Positions 26,855 through 40,335 are shown, numbered from the stretch's first letter. The stretch: DNA of 64,000 nucleotides from Cirrosporium novae-zelandiae (GCA_026023565.1 JAPETS010000002.1:1116001-1180000); one strand, 5' to 3'. Numbers and translations are program-made. The notes: a model not told the origin generated them from the letters alone.

Positions 26855-27660
26855 GTCTTGGGGGAGTTTTAGATGCCGACTGGATTGCATACTTGCATAT
26901 TTGCATATTTTTTGTCCTCCCCTCGTGATAAGGGGGTATAAGGGTTTAAGGGTTGAGTCTAGGATCCGTGATGACTTATTCAATCAGTTAGTCGTTGATG
27001 AGTCACGGTGATCTTTCCGCCTCACCCTTTTTGTGTGGTGATTATGTCGTTCGCAAAGATTTGGAGTTTAGATGCTTACTTGCATATTTATATATTTTGC
27101 TGTCCTCTCTTTGTGACAACCAACCAGCGGGTTTAAGGGTTTAGGGTTCGTGATAATTATTTAATCGGTCAGTTCGTTCGTTGATTATTTAGTCGTTAAT
27201 AAATTGTGGTAATCTTCCTGCCTGCCTCACCGTCAACTTCATTCTTTGTGTGGCGATTATGTCGTTGCTGGGATTTGGATTTTGAATGTTTGATTGCGTA
27301 TTTGTATACTTGTGTTCTCTCTGCATGACAAAGGGGTTTAGGGTTCGTGACGAGTATTCAATCAGTCAGTTCGTTGATTAATCTAGTTGTTGATGATGAG
27401 TCATGGTGATCTTCCTGCTCCACTATTAATCTTATTTTTTGCGGCGGTGATTATGTCGTTCTGCCGGGATTTGGAGTTTAGATGCTAGATTGCATATTTG
27501 CATATTTGTTACTTGTGCCCTCTCCTCGTGACAGCCAGTACATTTAGTTTATAGTCCGTGACGATCAGTTCATAGAGTCGTCCAGATCATCCAACACTAC
27601 CTTCAACCTCCCCTCTTCGTAGCAACGATTACGTCGTCGCCGAGGCTTTTGGGGGTCTAT
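26855..27660. repeat. Degenerate tandem array, ~200 bp x ~4
   Basis: ggagttt(t)agatgc..tgcatattt or close variants near 26862, 27063, 27275 and 27472. gattaygtcgt near 27040, 27256, 27449 and 27627. Confidence 0.8.
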
Positions 27661-27967
27661 ATATCATCTCTCTTCACTTATTTTCTCTTCATTGTCTTGT
27701 CTCGTCTTCACCATGATTTCATTCTAGTGAATAACAACATCTTGAGTTCATAAACATTAAAAAGAGATTTTTTTTTTTTCTTTTTCAGTTCTCTTCCTTC
27801 CTTTCTTAGTATTATATAGTACAACACCACAATTCTACATAAGTATATAAAGAAAATACCTTTTTTTATTATTCATTTTGGAATTCATTCATTCAACATA
27901 CCCTTACTCTTTACTCACCTCCCCTCTAACAACAATAGAGTATATCTAGCTCAAGGTGCTATCGACA

Positions 27968-28823
27968 ATGCCTCGAGAAGCTTCTCCTAGCCCTCGACCG
28001 GAATCTCCTCCTCCCTTTGTTAATATATCAAAGTACCCTTCTACCTCCTTTCTACCTCCCCTCTCAGATGAAACGAGGGAAATCTACTCAACCTTCTGGT
28101 TCAAACCAAGAACAGAAAACACCGAAGCCTCTGCTGATGGAGCTGTGGAGCTGATTTACGGTTACAGAGGCACACTCATCCAACATCCAGACGACACCAT
28201 CACCGTCTACATCCCTTCCTCCGCAAACGTCGATCCCGTCTCTTACTCGAGGGGTTTGCATATGCCTTGGGGCTGCAGGCCAGCTGACTGTCCTATTCCA
28301 AATGCAACGTTCATGTCATTTAGTCGGCCCTAGTGATCTTCCTCCTGCTTTTGTGCCTAAATTCAACTCTGTTGATGGGTGGGATGTCGTTGCTGTCAAT
28401 AGGCCGGAGCTTTCGGAGGAGAAGCTTGCAAGGCTTAATCATTCTAATTCCTATGCCGATGGTGTGAATGTGAATGGTACCGTTGATGGTCTAGCTAGTT
28501 GTGTCTTCAGCAATCGAGAGATGGAAACGAACTTCAATGTGAATTTCGCCAACGATCAGGGCAGTACTTCTTCTACCACCATCAGCGGAGTCTTACGAGA
28601 GGTGGCCGAATGCGACAAGTTCACTCAAATATACGCCAATTACAATTCAACTTCATTGGGCGATTCGGTCGGCGAGGTGGCTGTTCTTGAGGAAATGAAG
28701 ACGCTTGCATATATCAAGGGAAAGACACTAAAGTTCAGGGAGTTGGCTCGGTTGCGCGCGGCTAAGAGGGGGGAATGTTTGCCTACTTTTAAGAAGGAGG
28801 AGGAAGAGGAAGATCTTCGCTAA
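27968..28823 (+). CDS. Hypothetical protein (~261 aa), no family recognised
   Basis: Two overlapping ORFs are joined in frame by a putative intron 28254-28323 (GTTTGC..GCTGAC..TTTAG). GC content is coding-like against the AT-rich flanks. Confidence 0.6.
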
Positions 28824-29215
28824 ACGCATTTCTCGTCAGTTGAAAAGGAGTTATATAATCATTAGGGGTTGGCTGGGTGTTTTCTAGTTACGTTAGTGGT
28901 TAGTTAGGAAGTGGCAGTCTATAAAAAGCGACATGAAGCCCATCAATATCCACATATGCAAAGACATTAACTGTACTAGAGAAGCCTTTAAGCAAATGAT
29001 ACTTTTAGCTAAAACCAGATTCTCAAAAAACGACTCTTGCATTGAGATGTTGAGAGGCCCTCAGAGAATGGATATTTGAATTTGAAGCCTGAGGAGGCAT
29101 TTAAGCAAAGTAACGTTAAACTAAATTGAAAGGCCTAGGAAAAGTGAGTGGTATGCATGTAAAGAGGTAAATACTAATGACCTAGGATTATATCTTATCA
29201 TTTACTGCAATGCTA

Positions 29216-29998
29216 TTAGAATCTACGAAGCCGAACCCGTCGAGCATCCGAGTCATCCTGTTCATCCCAATTATCACGAGAAGGAGAGCGTCGTGGAACC
29301 AATCTAAGATCCCCAAGCGATTTGTCGATATGATGTATTGTCCTTCCGACCTGTCAATATATATATTTTACATTCTGGGATGACTTACAATAGAACATCG
29401 GTAACTTCTCTTGCAATTCTACGGGTCTGGAGCCGTACCAACTTTCTCTCTATATCCTCTGCCCTTATCTTGCGTCGTGTCCAGATGATGCGACGAATGA
29501 CATCCATGGATTTGCATATATATTCATCGCCAGGTTCACCCTTCATATACCTTTCAGGGTCCCAACCTCGATTATCCCTATCTAAAGGGTCCTTCAAAAA
29601 TGGCATCTCCAGATCTTTAAACTGCCGACATAGGTCCTTGACACTTTCTTGCATGACTTTTATGGGCACACCAGCATCTTTCCCTGTCATTGTACGAATA
29701 AGCGGTGGTCCTTGGATACCATATAATTCCGTTCTCTCTCTTTTTCGAGCCTTTTTTAGGTATTCTCGCTCTTCAAACAACTCCTCCTTGAGATTACTCA
29801 GTGTGATTTTGACTTGTGATGGAGCGGCCCAAAGGGTATTGAGATTATCCCAAAAGACATGGATAAAAGTACCGAGCGATACGGCAAATGAGACGAATCC
29901 GATTACGGTGGAGACATAGGCCTATTGATAACGATAAGCAATGATTTAAAAGTATATTCAATGTGGCTCACCACAGCGGCCGGGGGGCCGGACAACAT
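29216..29998 (-). CDS. Hypothetical protein with N-terminal hydrophobic helix, possibly HeLo-like/fungal N-terminal domain (~228 aa)
   Basis: Exons 29998-29972, 29921-29389 and 29342-29216 (last acceptor inferred). Sequence begins MLSGPPAAVAYVSTVIGFVSFAVSLG..WAAPSQVKITLSNLKEEL. Confidence 0.7.
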
Positions 29999-30886
29999 CT
30001 TGAACAGCTTCAAAAACGATGAGAACCATCCATCTAAAAATTTTTGAAAATTGGTCCATTGTCACAAGGAAACTACGACTTCTATAATGTGAAGAAAACA
30101 CCGTACTATCTGGAGGATGATGCTATCACGCGGAAGCGGTAGTCATAACGCTAGGAATCATGGAGGTCTCATGCAAACCTTAAGGGGAGATGACCCATAT
30201 GAAAGTATTATATATGCGTAACCTTGGACCAAAAGACATTATTGATAGCAGCCATAAATGAGCAATAAAAAATATCGTGGAGGTAAATATCCCATCCTTA
30301 GATAGACTACTGTAACTTGGTGTAACTATCCTACCCGAGTTTAGCAGTGCTAAGCGGATTATTTGTAGTGTTTGCATACTTTCATGTTTGCACGATTTGC
30401 ATTAGATTTGGTAAAAAACTTGGCACGAACTTGGCTTCTGACCATTCAGTCGTGTAACGTCTCACAATTCTCACGATGACTATCTTAACTTGGTCGAAGA
30501 ATTACAAGTTCATAAATTTCCTGATAAGAGGGAATGATGCAACACTGTCCTAATTCCTGTTATGTTTTCCCCTATGATTGATAATTTGCCGGTGCCTTCT
30601 ACCGTCGTATCTTCTTGCTACGAATCCCCTGTAATAATGCTTGTTTTGCTCTTCAACCCTAGTCCAATCATTAGAAAATGTGAAGTCTATCAACTCCAAG
30701 AACCACTTTATCTCTTGAAATACACGTCATCAAGTCTAATACAGGATAGTCAGGAGTGTGAACAATGCATCAACCGCCAGCATTGTTAATGAGGCCTGTA
30801 CTTCTCCATCCTGATAATGACTTGGCCATTTATTTCCATCTAAAAAACTACTCAAACACAAGTAAAAACTGATCCAAGATAGCAAA

Positions 30887-31454
30887 ATGTCGGGTGTAAC
30901 AATCTACTACGAACCTTCAGTTAGTTCATGCCCTCTCCTCAAGTCGGCGGTACTAATCGTTCTCTAGGGCTGTAATTGTGATGGTGCTTAACCCTTTATA
31001 TATATCTAGTCCTTACTCCAGGTTCTTGGCGCTTATAGATTGTGATCTAGGCACGGACTATACCCGTACTGATATCAACAATGCCGCTACCAAAGCTCTC
31101 TCTCTTGCATCCGAAGGCAAGACCCTAGGAAAGGACAAGTACCCTCATGCTTACAACGACTACGAGCACTTTTCCTTTACCCATGCGAAGAAACCTTATC
31201 TCGAATTTCCTATTGAACGAAACGGAAAGGTTTATGATGGAGGCAGTCCTGGTGCAGATCGAGTTGTGATTGGAAGTATCGCGGAGGATTATGGTAGTGC
31301 CGTTTATTGTGCTGTTATTACACATGATGGACAAAAGAAAAATGGATTCGCCGAATGTGCAGATGATACAATGAATGTCAGCGGCAAGGGAACATACAAA
31401 GCAAAAGACGGAACTGGGGAAGCAAGGAAGTTGATCGAGAGGATTGATTTGTAG
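30887..31454 (+). CDS. Guanyl-specific ribonuclease, T1/N1/U2 family (150 aa, no signal peptide)
   Basis: Exons 30887-30919, 30968-30983 and 31051-31454. Motifs YPH, YLEFPI, SPGADRVV and ITH carry the equivalents of RNase T1 H40, E58, R77 and H92. Confidence 0.88.
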
Positions 31455-34368
31455 ACATAATCAATGATAGAACCAAGGACTGCAAAATTCATTTATTGAT
31501 TTGATTGGCTCCCGCATAAAAAATGAAACCTTCAACGCACGTAATTATCAGCACATTTAAACAAATACTTAGCGCTGCAGGTTCTCCTTATTTTGTCCAT
31601 CTTCCCTCTTCTTTGTTCCCTCTTACGGCTCTGCTAAGCAGTGGTGCAAATTTCTCCTTACGACCCCATGCCATTGGTATTCGGCCCTATATGATTTGAG
31701 ACCTAACTCTTTCAAATGCAAAGTGCATACCAATCAAAAATCAAACTGATTCAAAACTCCACCCTGTCCAGCAGCCTTTTCAACACAAATAGACAAAAAT
31801 TTCTACTTTCCTCGTGGATGTAAGAACCCTGGTCCTAAAGTGCAGCAGTGAGAACTAACGGGCATACATACAACTAAGCCAGGCGCGGGACGAGTAGACT
31901 TCAGTTCACAACCCAAATAGATGACTGAACTTCCATTTCCAACCTCATACGCCACGACATTTCTTATTTCCATTGCCACCTGGAAGAAGCTGATATCCTT
32001 CCATCTTAACATTTCCAGCTACCCTGTTTGCACATCATGTCAAGAACTCAATATCGAACTTGTGATAGGTAGTTTCATCTATTGCCAATCGAAGAAGCCC
32101 ACATGTCCATGCCCAGAAAAAACAAGAATTTCTTCGCTATAGCGGAGAAGCATGTGCTATAACAATCGGCCCTTTTACAGTCCAACACTGTTCAGAAAAC
32201 AATTAAAAAGCCTATGGAGCTTGAAGAAATCCTGCCTAGTCGCAAGACGGGCTCAATCAGGTAAGTAATAGCCTGCCATGTCCTTTGCTCATCCAATTTG
32301 GTATTCTTTAACATATTTTGTAGACATTTTGATTAACGATGGTAAAAATTATTGTTGCACATGTTATTTGAATCTTTAGGGAAAGCACAGTTTCCTATAA
32401 TGGTTATGATGTACGATTGCTTTGATAATGGTGTTCCTATGATCATTGGCACAAAATAACCGAATTCCAAGTCGTAGTTAGAGTCTAGTTATTGGGTTAT
32501 CGTCATGCACCCTGATAAGAGAGCCAGTACTATTTTATGATTTTGTTCAAGAGATCTTAATAAACAAGAACCCTGGAGAAATTATTTCCGCCTACAAGGA
32601 ACATTAGAGTGTCATCAACTGACTAGGACAACTTGGAGCTTACTTACCTGGTACGGTACTGAGCCATTAGTATTTATTCCTCTTACACCCCACCACCTAA
32701 AGGACCAAGAGTTTGAAAACAGGAATTATCAGCAATTCAGTTGGAGGAGTCTTGAAGTACTGCAGGTGACTCAATAATAATGGACTGGGATTATAGCTGG
32801 GATGAATGCAGTGTGGATCTGCTGGGGCTGTGAATAGTAATAAAAAGAATTACTGGATGGATAGTGGGACTAAAAAAATGATGGATGATGATAGACCGAA
32901 TGATTTTTGAAGATATGGTGGGGAATTGAAGAAGAGAAAGACGTAAGATATCTATTCAGGAAAGGAATGAACGGAGAGTAAGAGACAAGAAGGCCGGGAG
33001 TTGTTGGGTTTAGAGATTTTGACCGTGCGGTCGCGGCTCGGCTCGCCCCTGAAGCTAAAAGCGAGGCAGAATTATCTTAGGTATTATTCCACGGTCTAGA
33101 CCTACCAAGGCCAACCACTATCCCTCACTATCCTCACTACCTAGGATTAGTAGTGCTTACTCTTATTTTGATAATCAAAGGAGAGGGTGAACAAAGAACA
33201 AAAAAAAGAAAAAAAAGACCTTTTGGTGACCAATTCACGTTTCATCAGCTGTTAAATTTTGATTTTGGTAAAGTGTCATTATTTAAATGGTTAGTGTTTC
33301 ATAACGAACATATTCAACGCGCTCGGTCTCTTGGATAGCTGGACTTGGACTTGGACTTGGACTTGTACTTGGATAACTAAAATGTTCCTGGGCTGGGTCC
33401 CTCTATGTCCATGCTTGGACCGGAAGCAGGCATTGTACATCCGGACCATCTAGTCAAACAGATTAAATAGATCAGAAAGATCAATCCAGCCAAGGAAAAT
33501 ACATCGATGGTCATATCCTTGCACTTCTTAATCAAACAATACTCGCCTATCGCAAACCTTGGACGGGTAGGATCGACTCCTCTTTAAATGATTCACATAT
33601 TCCGAAAATCGAGAAAGCCCTGTTGGCCCTTGTATATTGCGAGGCACACAGCAGGGACTCGACACGAGGGAAACGGTTGATGGCCACATGCTCTAGCCAT
33701 TTCTTTTGATATAAAAATAATAGATTACCAGGTTAATATACCTCAACTACTGTATACTAATTATTAACTTATATTAACTAGATCTGTTAGCATCCTCCTA
33801 TCCAGACTAAGGAAAAGGATTTTAATCGGTAGTTGAACGAATTATCGAGGCTGGCCAATAATACAGAAAAGGCTGATCAAGTTCCTTACAAGTTCCTCGA
33901 CAGCTCCTGGAATTATCCTTGTTATTCTTCATAGATGCGGTACTTGGAGCCTGAAGTTGTTTGGGTCACACTCAGCTACCACGCCGATAGCTCAGCCGAA
34001 GTCGACTACCAATTCCTATACGAGAAATCCGTACTTTTCCACAAACTCGCCTCCGTTGAGTCGGTCCAAGGACGGTTCCTTCAACCTCGAGATGGAATAA
34101 TTACTTAGCTTCTTAAATCATGTTAGATATAATTCGAAATGTTGGCTGAAAACAATTGGGATTCGAAAGAAGCGGGGTAGAGTAGCTTAGCTTGTCGCAT
34201 ATTCAACGAACTTGTCAATTTCCATTCCTTTTATGAACCAAGCTGTTACAAACCTTCCACCCATTTTTGATTTATACTTCCTACTAAAACCTTTGGTTTC
34301 TAAGGTCAGGGCACTTTGTGATACTAACACTGCTGTCTATCTCTTATAAACTTTCGGATTTGCGTCTA

Positions 34369-37178
34369 ATGCCGTCGCCGTCCGTCATCACTAAACGTGG
34401 GAAGAGGGCTTCGCGCGCCTGTGATCATTGCAGATGGAAGCGCGTATGTCTTTATCAAACCCTAAACGCAAGATTCGTCTTTGTTGACTTAGAATAGTTA
34501 AAGTGCTCAGATAACCCAGATGGCCCCTGTGCCAATTGTAATCTGTATGGCACAAGTTGTGATTATACGACAACATACCCTTCACAGTCGGCAGCGGCGA
34601 AAAGGAAAAAATCTGGCGATCACAGCAATGACGCACCGGAAAAGTCCAACGCTTCACTTCGTCCTAGAGCCAAAAAGGCTGTCAAGCGACCTGATCCAGG
34701 AGATCCATCGCCTAGGCTAGAGAGTGTCTCTACGGAAAACGGCTGCAACTTGACATTCAAAGCATCTCATGATGGATCTTGCGAACCAAATGAAGTGCCT
34801 ATGTCTTCGGATAGTCCATCAAGGACTCCCCAACACTCTAATTTACCGTCGCCATCGTTTAGAAGAAATGCCGAATTTTCAGACGATATAGGCACTAGAA
34901 TATTTGGGGCTGCTGTGAATACAAAATTTCCAATAGGTATTGCTACTTTATTTTGGCTCATTATTGTATCCAACTAACATCCAAATAGAGCCGAACCAGA
35001 GATATCCTGACCATCTAAAACAGGATGAGGATACTTTGGGGAAGAGAATGGAGCAATACATTTCTATAATGTTGACGGAAGTTGATATTACGGATAACGA
35101 TCCTTTGCAGATTTCCGAGGGAGCTGGATTCCCTTCACAAGCAACTGCAGCTACATTAGTTACAGGTTTGTCTGATCAGTTTGATCATTAAAGCTACAAG
35201 CTTACCATTCTAGCCTTTTTCAAATGTATCAACCCTCTATGGCCCATAATCGACGAACCATCTTTTCGGATAGGGTTTCAAGAGTATTATCAAAACAATG
35301 GGAGTCCTGATGAACTATGGCTTATGCTTTTCAAATTGGTCCTTGCCCTTGGAGTTGCGACATGTGGCGACTTGATGGAACAAGAACAGAGTCTTCGACC
35401 ACTTCGGGACACTCTTTTTTCTGAAGCAATGTCTTCTATGTATCTTGTGTATGGACGGCCCAGGCTTCGGAGCATTCAAGTACTCATACTAATTGTTTGT
35501 CTTTCCCCGAACCCACTACATCTAAGACTTTGCATTGCTAATTAGCGACTATGGCTCTAGTCTCTCTATTTTCTTATCCTTAAGAAACCTACCAGCGCTT
35601 GGCTTATGTGTGGAACAGCCATTAGACTTTCTCGGGCAGTGGACTTTCAACGCACTCCGCATCAAGAGACGAATGACATTGGATTGATCGACAGAGTCAT
35701 TTGGAGTTGTTTTATTCTTGAGTCGTAAGTTGAATCCTATTTTCTTAGTGCGTTTTCTAGAATCCTATTGATGAATCTCGATACTATCTCCTAGTCATCT
35801 TGCCTTGTTGCAATGCCGCGAAGACCTATTTCTCCACGAATCAAGCCTTCGAAATCCTGATGAAATCCAAAGACGCCACTACCCTATCTTTTGCTATCGA
35901 CTTCAGCTGGCCCGTCTAATGCACCGTCTCCGTCGTCTCTTTCAACAAGGTACCCTTGATCCGACTACTTTTCCAAATGAAATCCAACAACTTGACAACA
36001 GTCTCCTGGCCTGGCAAGAGAGCTTGCCCATCGGTTTCCGACCAGGTCAGGATATTTTTGCCTCGGCCGAAGAATACCAACTTGTACTTCTTCTACATAT
36101 CGAGTGCTGCGGTCTGGCGATCGCTATGTTCGTTTCTCTCTCAACCTGTGTGCGCCTTTTCCCTGGCATCATAAATTTGCGGTCAAACAACAATGTTCGG
36201 ATTCAGAACCATGCAACGATTTGTGTGAGCACGTCTCGACTATTCATTCAAGCCATGAATTTGGTCTCTGATACCGCACACCTCCGACCCAACGTCATGC
36301 TATGGCTTAACGCAAACATCATTCTTGCTCCATTCTCCATTCTCTATCACCATGTGATAAAACAACCTTATCTTCTCTCCGCCCGTTCAGACTTTGAACT
36401 GCTATGCAGCGCCGCCCAACATTTCCGCCGATTCATGACAAGCACAGATCGCAATAATACCGTTGCGTCCCTCATGATTTCAATGTTTAAGGCTGCGTCG
36501 CAAACTATAAGTCAGGCTCGCGCCCGCCCTCTTGCCAATCCCGAAACCCTCTCCCTATATCCACCATATGCCCCTCCAGGTCAATTCGTAACCCCCACTC
36601 CGCAACCAGCCCAGAACGCATCATACAGCGCACCAATACAGGGTACCAACGTTCCAACAATGAATCCCCAGAACTCCAGAGAGACACTATACTACGATTC
36701 CCATCCCCCACCAATAAACACTTCTTGTACCATGACCCCACCTACAGTATGGTCCCAACCTCTTGAATTCAGCCATCCTATCAACACCACGAGTCCTCCA
36801 TCCCAGAACCCACCCATCAAGACATCTCCTCTAGACTCACAAGCACTTCTTGCAATCACACAACCACATTCACATGGCCATAATGTGCATCCTCTTCCCA
36901 GTAACAATTCAAATAGCAACAACAGCATTCTTCCACCTCAGCAAGCTCAAACCCAACCCCAATACCAGCAGCAACATCAACAAACCCCCAATTTCCCAAC
37001 ACCAGCATCAACACCCCAGCAGATGCAAATGATGCATCCGGAAGAAGAAGAAAGCATAAGCACTCCATCGACGGTGGTAGGTATGTTGGGTGCTACTAGT
37101 GGCACTGAGGTATGGAATAACACGATCTGGACTATGGCTGGGAGGAGCGGCAATCAGGGGTGTGATTATTACGGATGA
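34369..37178 (+). CDS. Zn(II)2Cys6 fungal transcription factor with middle homology region
   Basis: Six exons. Splicing 34444-34497 gives ACDHCRWKRLKCSDNPDGPCANCNLYGTSC. The middle region has FFKCINPLWPIIDE, SIQVLILI, AWLMCGTAIR and RVIWSCFILE, and the C-terminus is P/Q-rich. Confidence 0.9.
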
Positions 37179-38937
37179 GATGATGATGGGTTGGTTCTTG
37201 AGAATCATGGGTGAATCATTAATTACGCAATACGACATCTACTTACGAGGATTACGAGCGCCTGTTCTGTAAGGAATACGAACGGACAGGCGAACAGAAG
37301 ACTAAGCTAATTCTCCGGATTTCCCATAAATACAAAGCTCTCCGTTCTATCAACAAAGAACCCCACCGAAGAATCAAAGAATCAGAGTCTCAAATATCTA
37401 CAGTGGCTCTTCTAGTAGTAACCCTCACAAGATAAGATGAATGAGACGATACCAATGCCATGATGTCATATGTATCTCTCTCCCTAGGGAAAGGAGTAAG
37501 ACGAGACTAGAGAAATCAGTCCGACCAGACCGACTCCCTCGATCCAAGACCTCGTCTCACCTTATCTCGGTTCTAGACGACCTAAGAAACTCGACCCCAC
37601 AAGCTCACCTCCATAGCAATACTCTATATCTAGAGAAGCCAAATCGACTTTAGGGGAATTTATTATAACCTCGCAAGAACAACTAACCCTCTCAAGAAAC
37701 GAGATGACCGGTCTGCCCCCTCCAAAACCACCTGGGTCCAGTTTCTTAAAGAAAGCTGTCCAAATGAAATCAAAGATACCATTTCAACATATAGCTATCC
37801 AGCTTCTACCATTCCCAGTCATCCTGATACCGCGACATGACAAGCCGGAACGGTACTAATCTAAAGGTGATGTAGTGGAGCGGGCTCGCATGCTCAGTAT
37901 AGGATGGTGATGACGATTATTCATTTTATTATTAGTTTAATGATTATTTATTAACTTACCGTCGTTAATTGTAATTATTTGTGATTATATTGCGGTTAAT
38001 ATTCTTATATACATCAATTACATTAATTATTCTTGAAGGAAAATAGCGAGAATCAATTTGTGAGTGCGCATCACAACTCTCTTTACGATACTTTCAGGTC
38101 TTATTACATCATCTCCACGCACTGCTATTCCCCACATGATGCAGTAGACTTTCGAAAGTATAGATATGTATGGGTATGAGAGCTTATGAATGCGATGGAA
38201 ACCTTTGGCTATTCCCCTCACACCAGCGAGGCAATCTGAATGTCAACTTTCCTGCCCCCCACGCTCGATGGGCGGGATGATAACAAGGAGGACCTGATCT
38301 TCAATTTTATTATATACCAACGCTGTTATAAAGCCTTTCAGTGGTCGATCATTCTCAACCGAGAAGGTTGGTGAAAGCTTGTTGTTTTCGCTGGCAGCGA
38401 TGATGATGGCTGCGGGCGAGGAGGGGAAGGTAAGGGAGTTGGGGTGAGCGGGGATGGAGCATGCTTGCTGTAAGGGGTTTAGTGCGAGGCGGAACAGTTA
38501 TCCTCCGTCCTGCATAGCAATTTTTATTTTAACTCTTTTCTGCAGAGTAATAATCGTTAAGTCTTAAATGCATCTTTCCGCTTTTCTAAATCTCCAAAGC
38601 CTACTGCCGTTGAGAATTAGCATCAAAATGGTTTCGAGCGGCAAATGAGCTGGCGATGTTTTTGACTAGGTTGAAAAACGCTAAACAGTAACAAGTAGTT
38701 CGAGGTTTCAACTACCGTGTTTTATTCACTTATAGATACTTCAAGCCCTAGGTTTTTTAGATAATATCTAAAGTTTTGACCCCCTCAATCAGTGAGTTTG
38801 AAGTCTATGCGTGACATAAATATAGATGCGAACCGCTGTCGGCTCCCTTTTGACCTGTCAACCGTTTGTCAAAAAATAACTCATGTCCTTTCGCCGTTTT
38901 AATGGTTTTGGCAGATCCCATTTCAACTCCCAACATC

Positions 38938-40335
38938 ATGGATATATCGTTCATGGACCACGACGACGACTCTGCAGAGTTCATCCTCCAACTTCAACTA
39001 GAGGATATCCAGCAAATGACCCAATGTTCCAAAGGAAAGTCTCGTGAAGGTGAGGTATCCGATGCCGAAGTTGCACTGAACTTATTCAAGCAATCCCTGG
39101 AAACCTGTCAGGAAATACTCGCCGATAGACGCATGACGCGGAGTATTGCAAATGCAGTTCAGAATGATGGGCAAGTCGTCAGTGAACTTTTTGCAGAAGA
39201 AGAACGTGCAGTTCGAGACCGCGACTATGCTCTCCAACTGAATGGATCGACTGTTAGATCTAGACGTCTAAATGAACCAATTAAGGAAGATATAGATGAT
39301 ACGATTCTAAGCAAGTTTGCTGCTATTTATGTTTCCGATCAGATAACGGAAGACTTTTTCGAGAATCCTCCGAAGCCTACTATCAATCAAGAGGCCACGG
39401 AGCGCGGAGAACCATCATCATTTTCCAAAAATCGCCGCGACCATGGTCCTGACCATCGATGCGAAGCTTGTCAAGAACTCAAGCCTTTTTTTGAGGTAAC
39501 CGCAGTACCATGTGGTCATGAATACTGTCGAGATTGCCTGTGTCAGCTGTTTAAGGCTTCACTTGATGACGAATCACTTTTTCCGCCTCGATGTTGCCGG
39601 CGGTTGATTAGTCCAAACTCTCCAGGACCGAAATTGTTTCTGGGTTCTGATTTAATGAGAAAATTTGAACAGACACGGATCGAACTTAACACACCAAATA
39701 GAACCTACTGTTGCAACCCCCTGTGTTCTGCCTTTATTCATCCAGACAATATCACTGGTGATCGTGCGCTGTGTTCAGACTGTGGCACTGCAGTTTGTAC
39801 ACACTGCAAATCCCCTGCACACCTGGGAGACTGCCCACAAGATTCCAATCTTCATCGACTCTTGACACTCGCTAATGAAAACGGCTGGCAACGATGCCAG
39901 TCGTGCGGTAGAATCGTAGAGCTAGATATTGGCTGTAATCACATGACGTGAGTGCTCTCTTGCATGATTTGTTTAAAATCCGTGACGTTGCTAAGTTAGT
40001 AAAGTTGCCGTTGCGGTCACCAATTTTGCTATCTCTGTGGTGTAAAATGGAAGAAATGCTCTTGCGAATTGTGGCACGAAAATCGTCTTTTGGCTCGTGC
40101 TAATCAAATTATGGATCGGCTGCCTCCGCCTCGAGAGGAGATAGCCCCTGAGCAACGTATGCAAGCGCTTGTGAATGATTTGAGAGTTCATGATGAATGT
40201 GAGCATGAGAGATGGCGGTTCGTTCGAGGTGAACACCAGTGTGAAATCTGCTATTTTAATCTTCCTGAATATATCTTTGAGTGTCGACGATGCCATATCA
40301 TGGCGTGCAATCGATGCAGGAGACATAGATTGTGA
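38938..40335 (+). CDS. RBR-type (RING1-IBR-RING2) E3 ubiquitin ligase
   Basis: RING1 CEAC..PCGHEYCRDC..FPPRCC, IBR RTYCCNPLC..C..C..C..C..H..C, and RING2 QRCQSC..GCNHMTCRCGHQFCYLCG after removing intron 39948-40004. Confidence 0.92.

Noticed and set aside
23200..27660. Periodic repeats as a CRISPR-like array
   Set aside because: The context is eukaryotic, the repeats are highly degenerate, the intervening sequences are homologous to each other, and there are no cas genes.
31921..32142. CTSC..KPTCPC as a Zn2Cys6 relic
   Set aside because: Cys spacing does not fit the cluster consensus and no downstream domain follows.
32640..32652. TACTTACCTGG, resembling the 5' end of U1 snRNA
   Set aside because: No U1 stem-loops or Sm site follow. 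It is better explained as a minus-strand splice donor (CAG|GTAAGTA).
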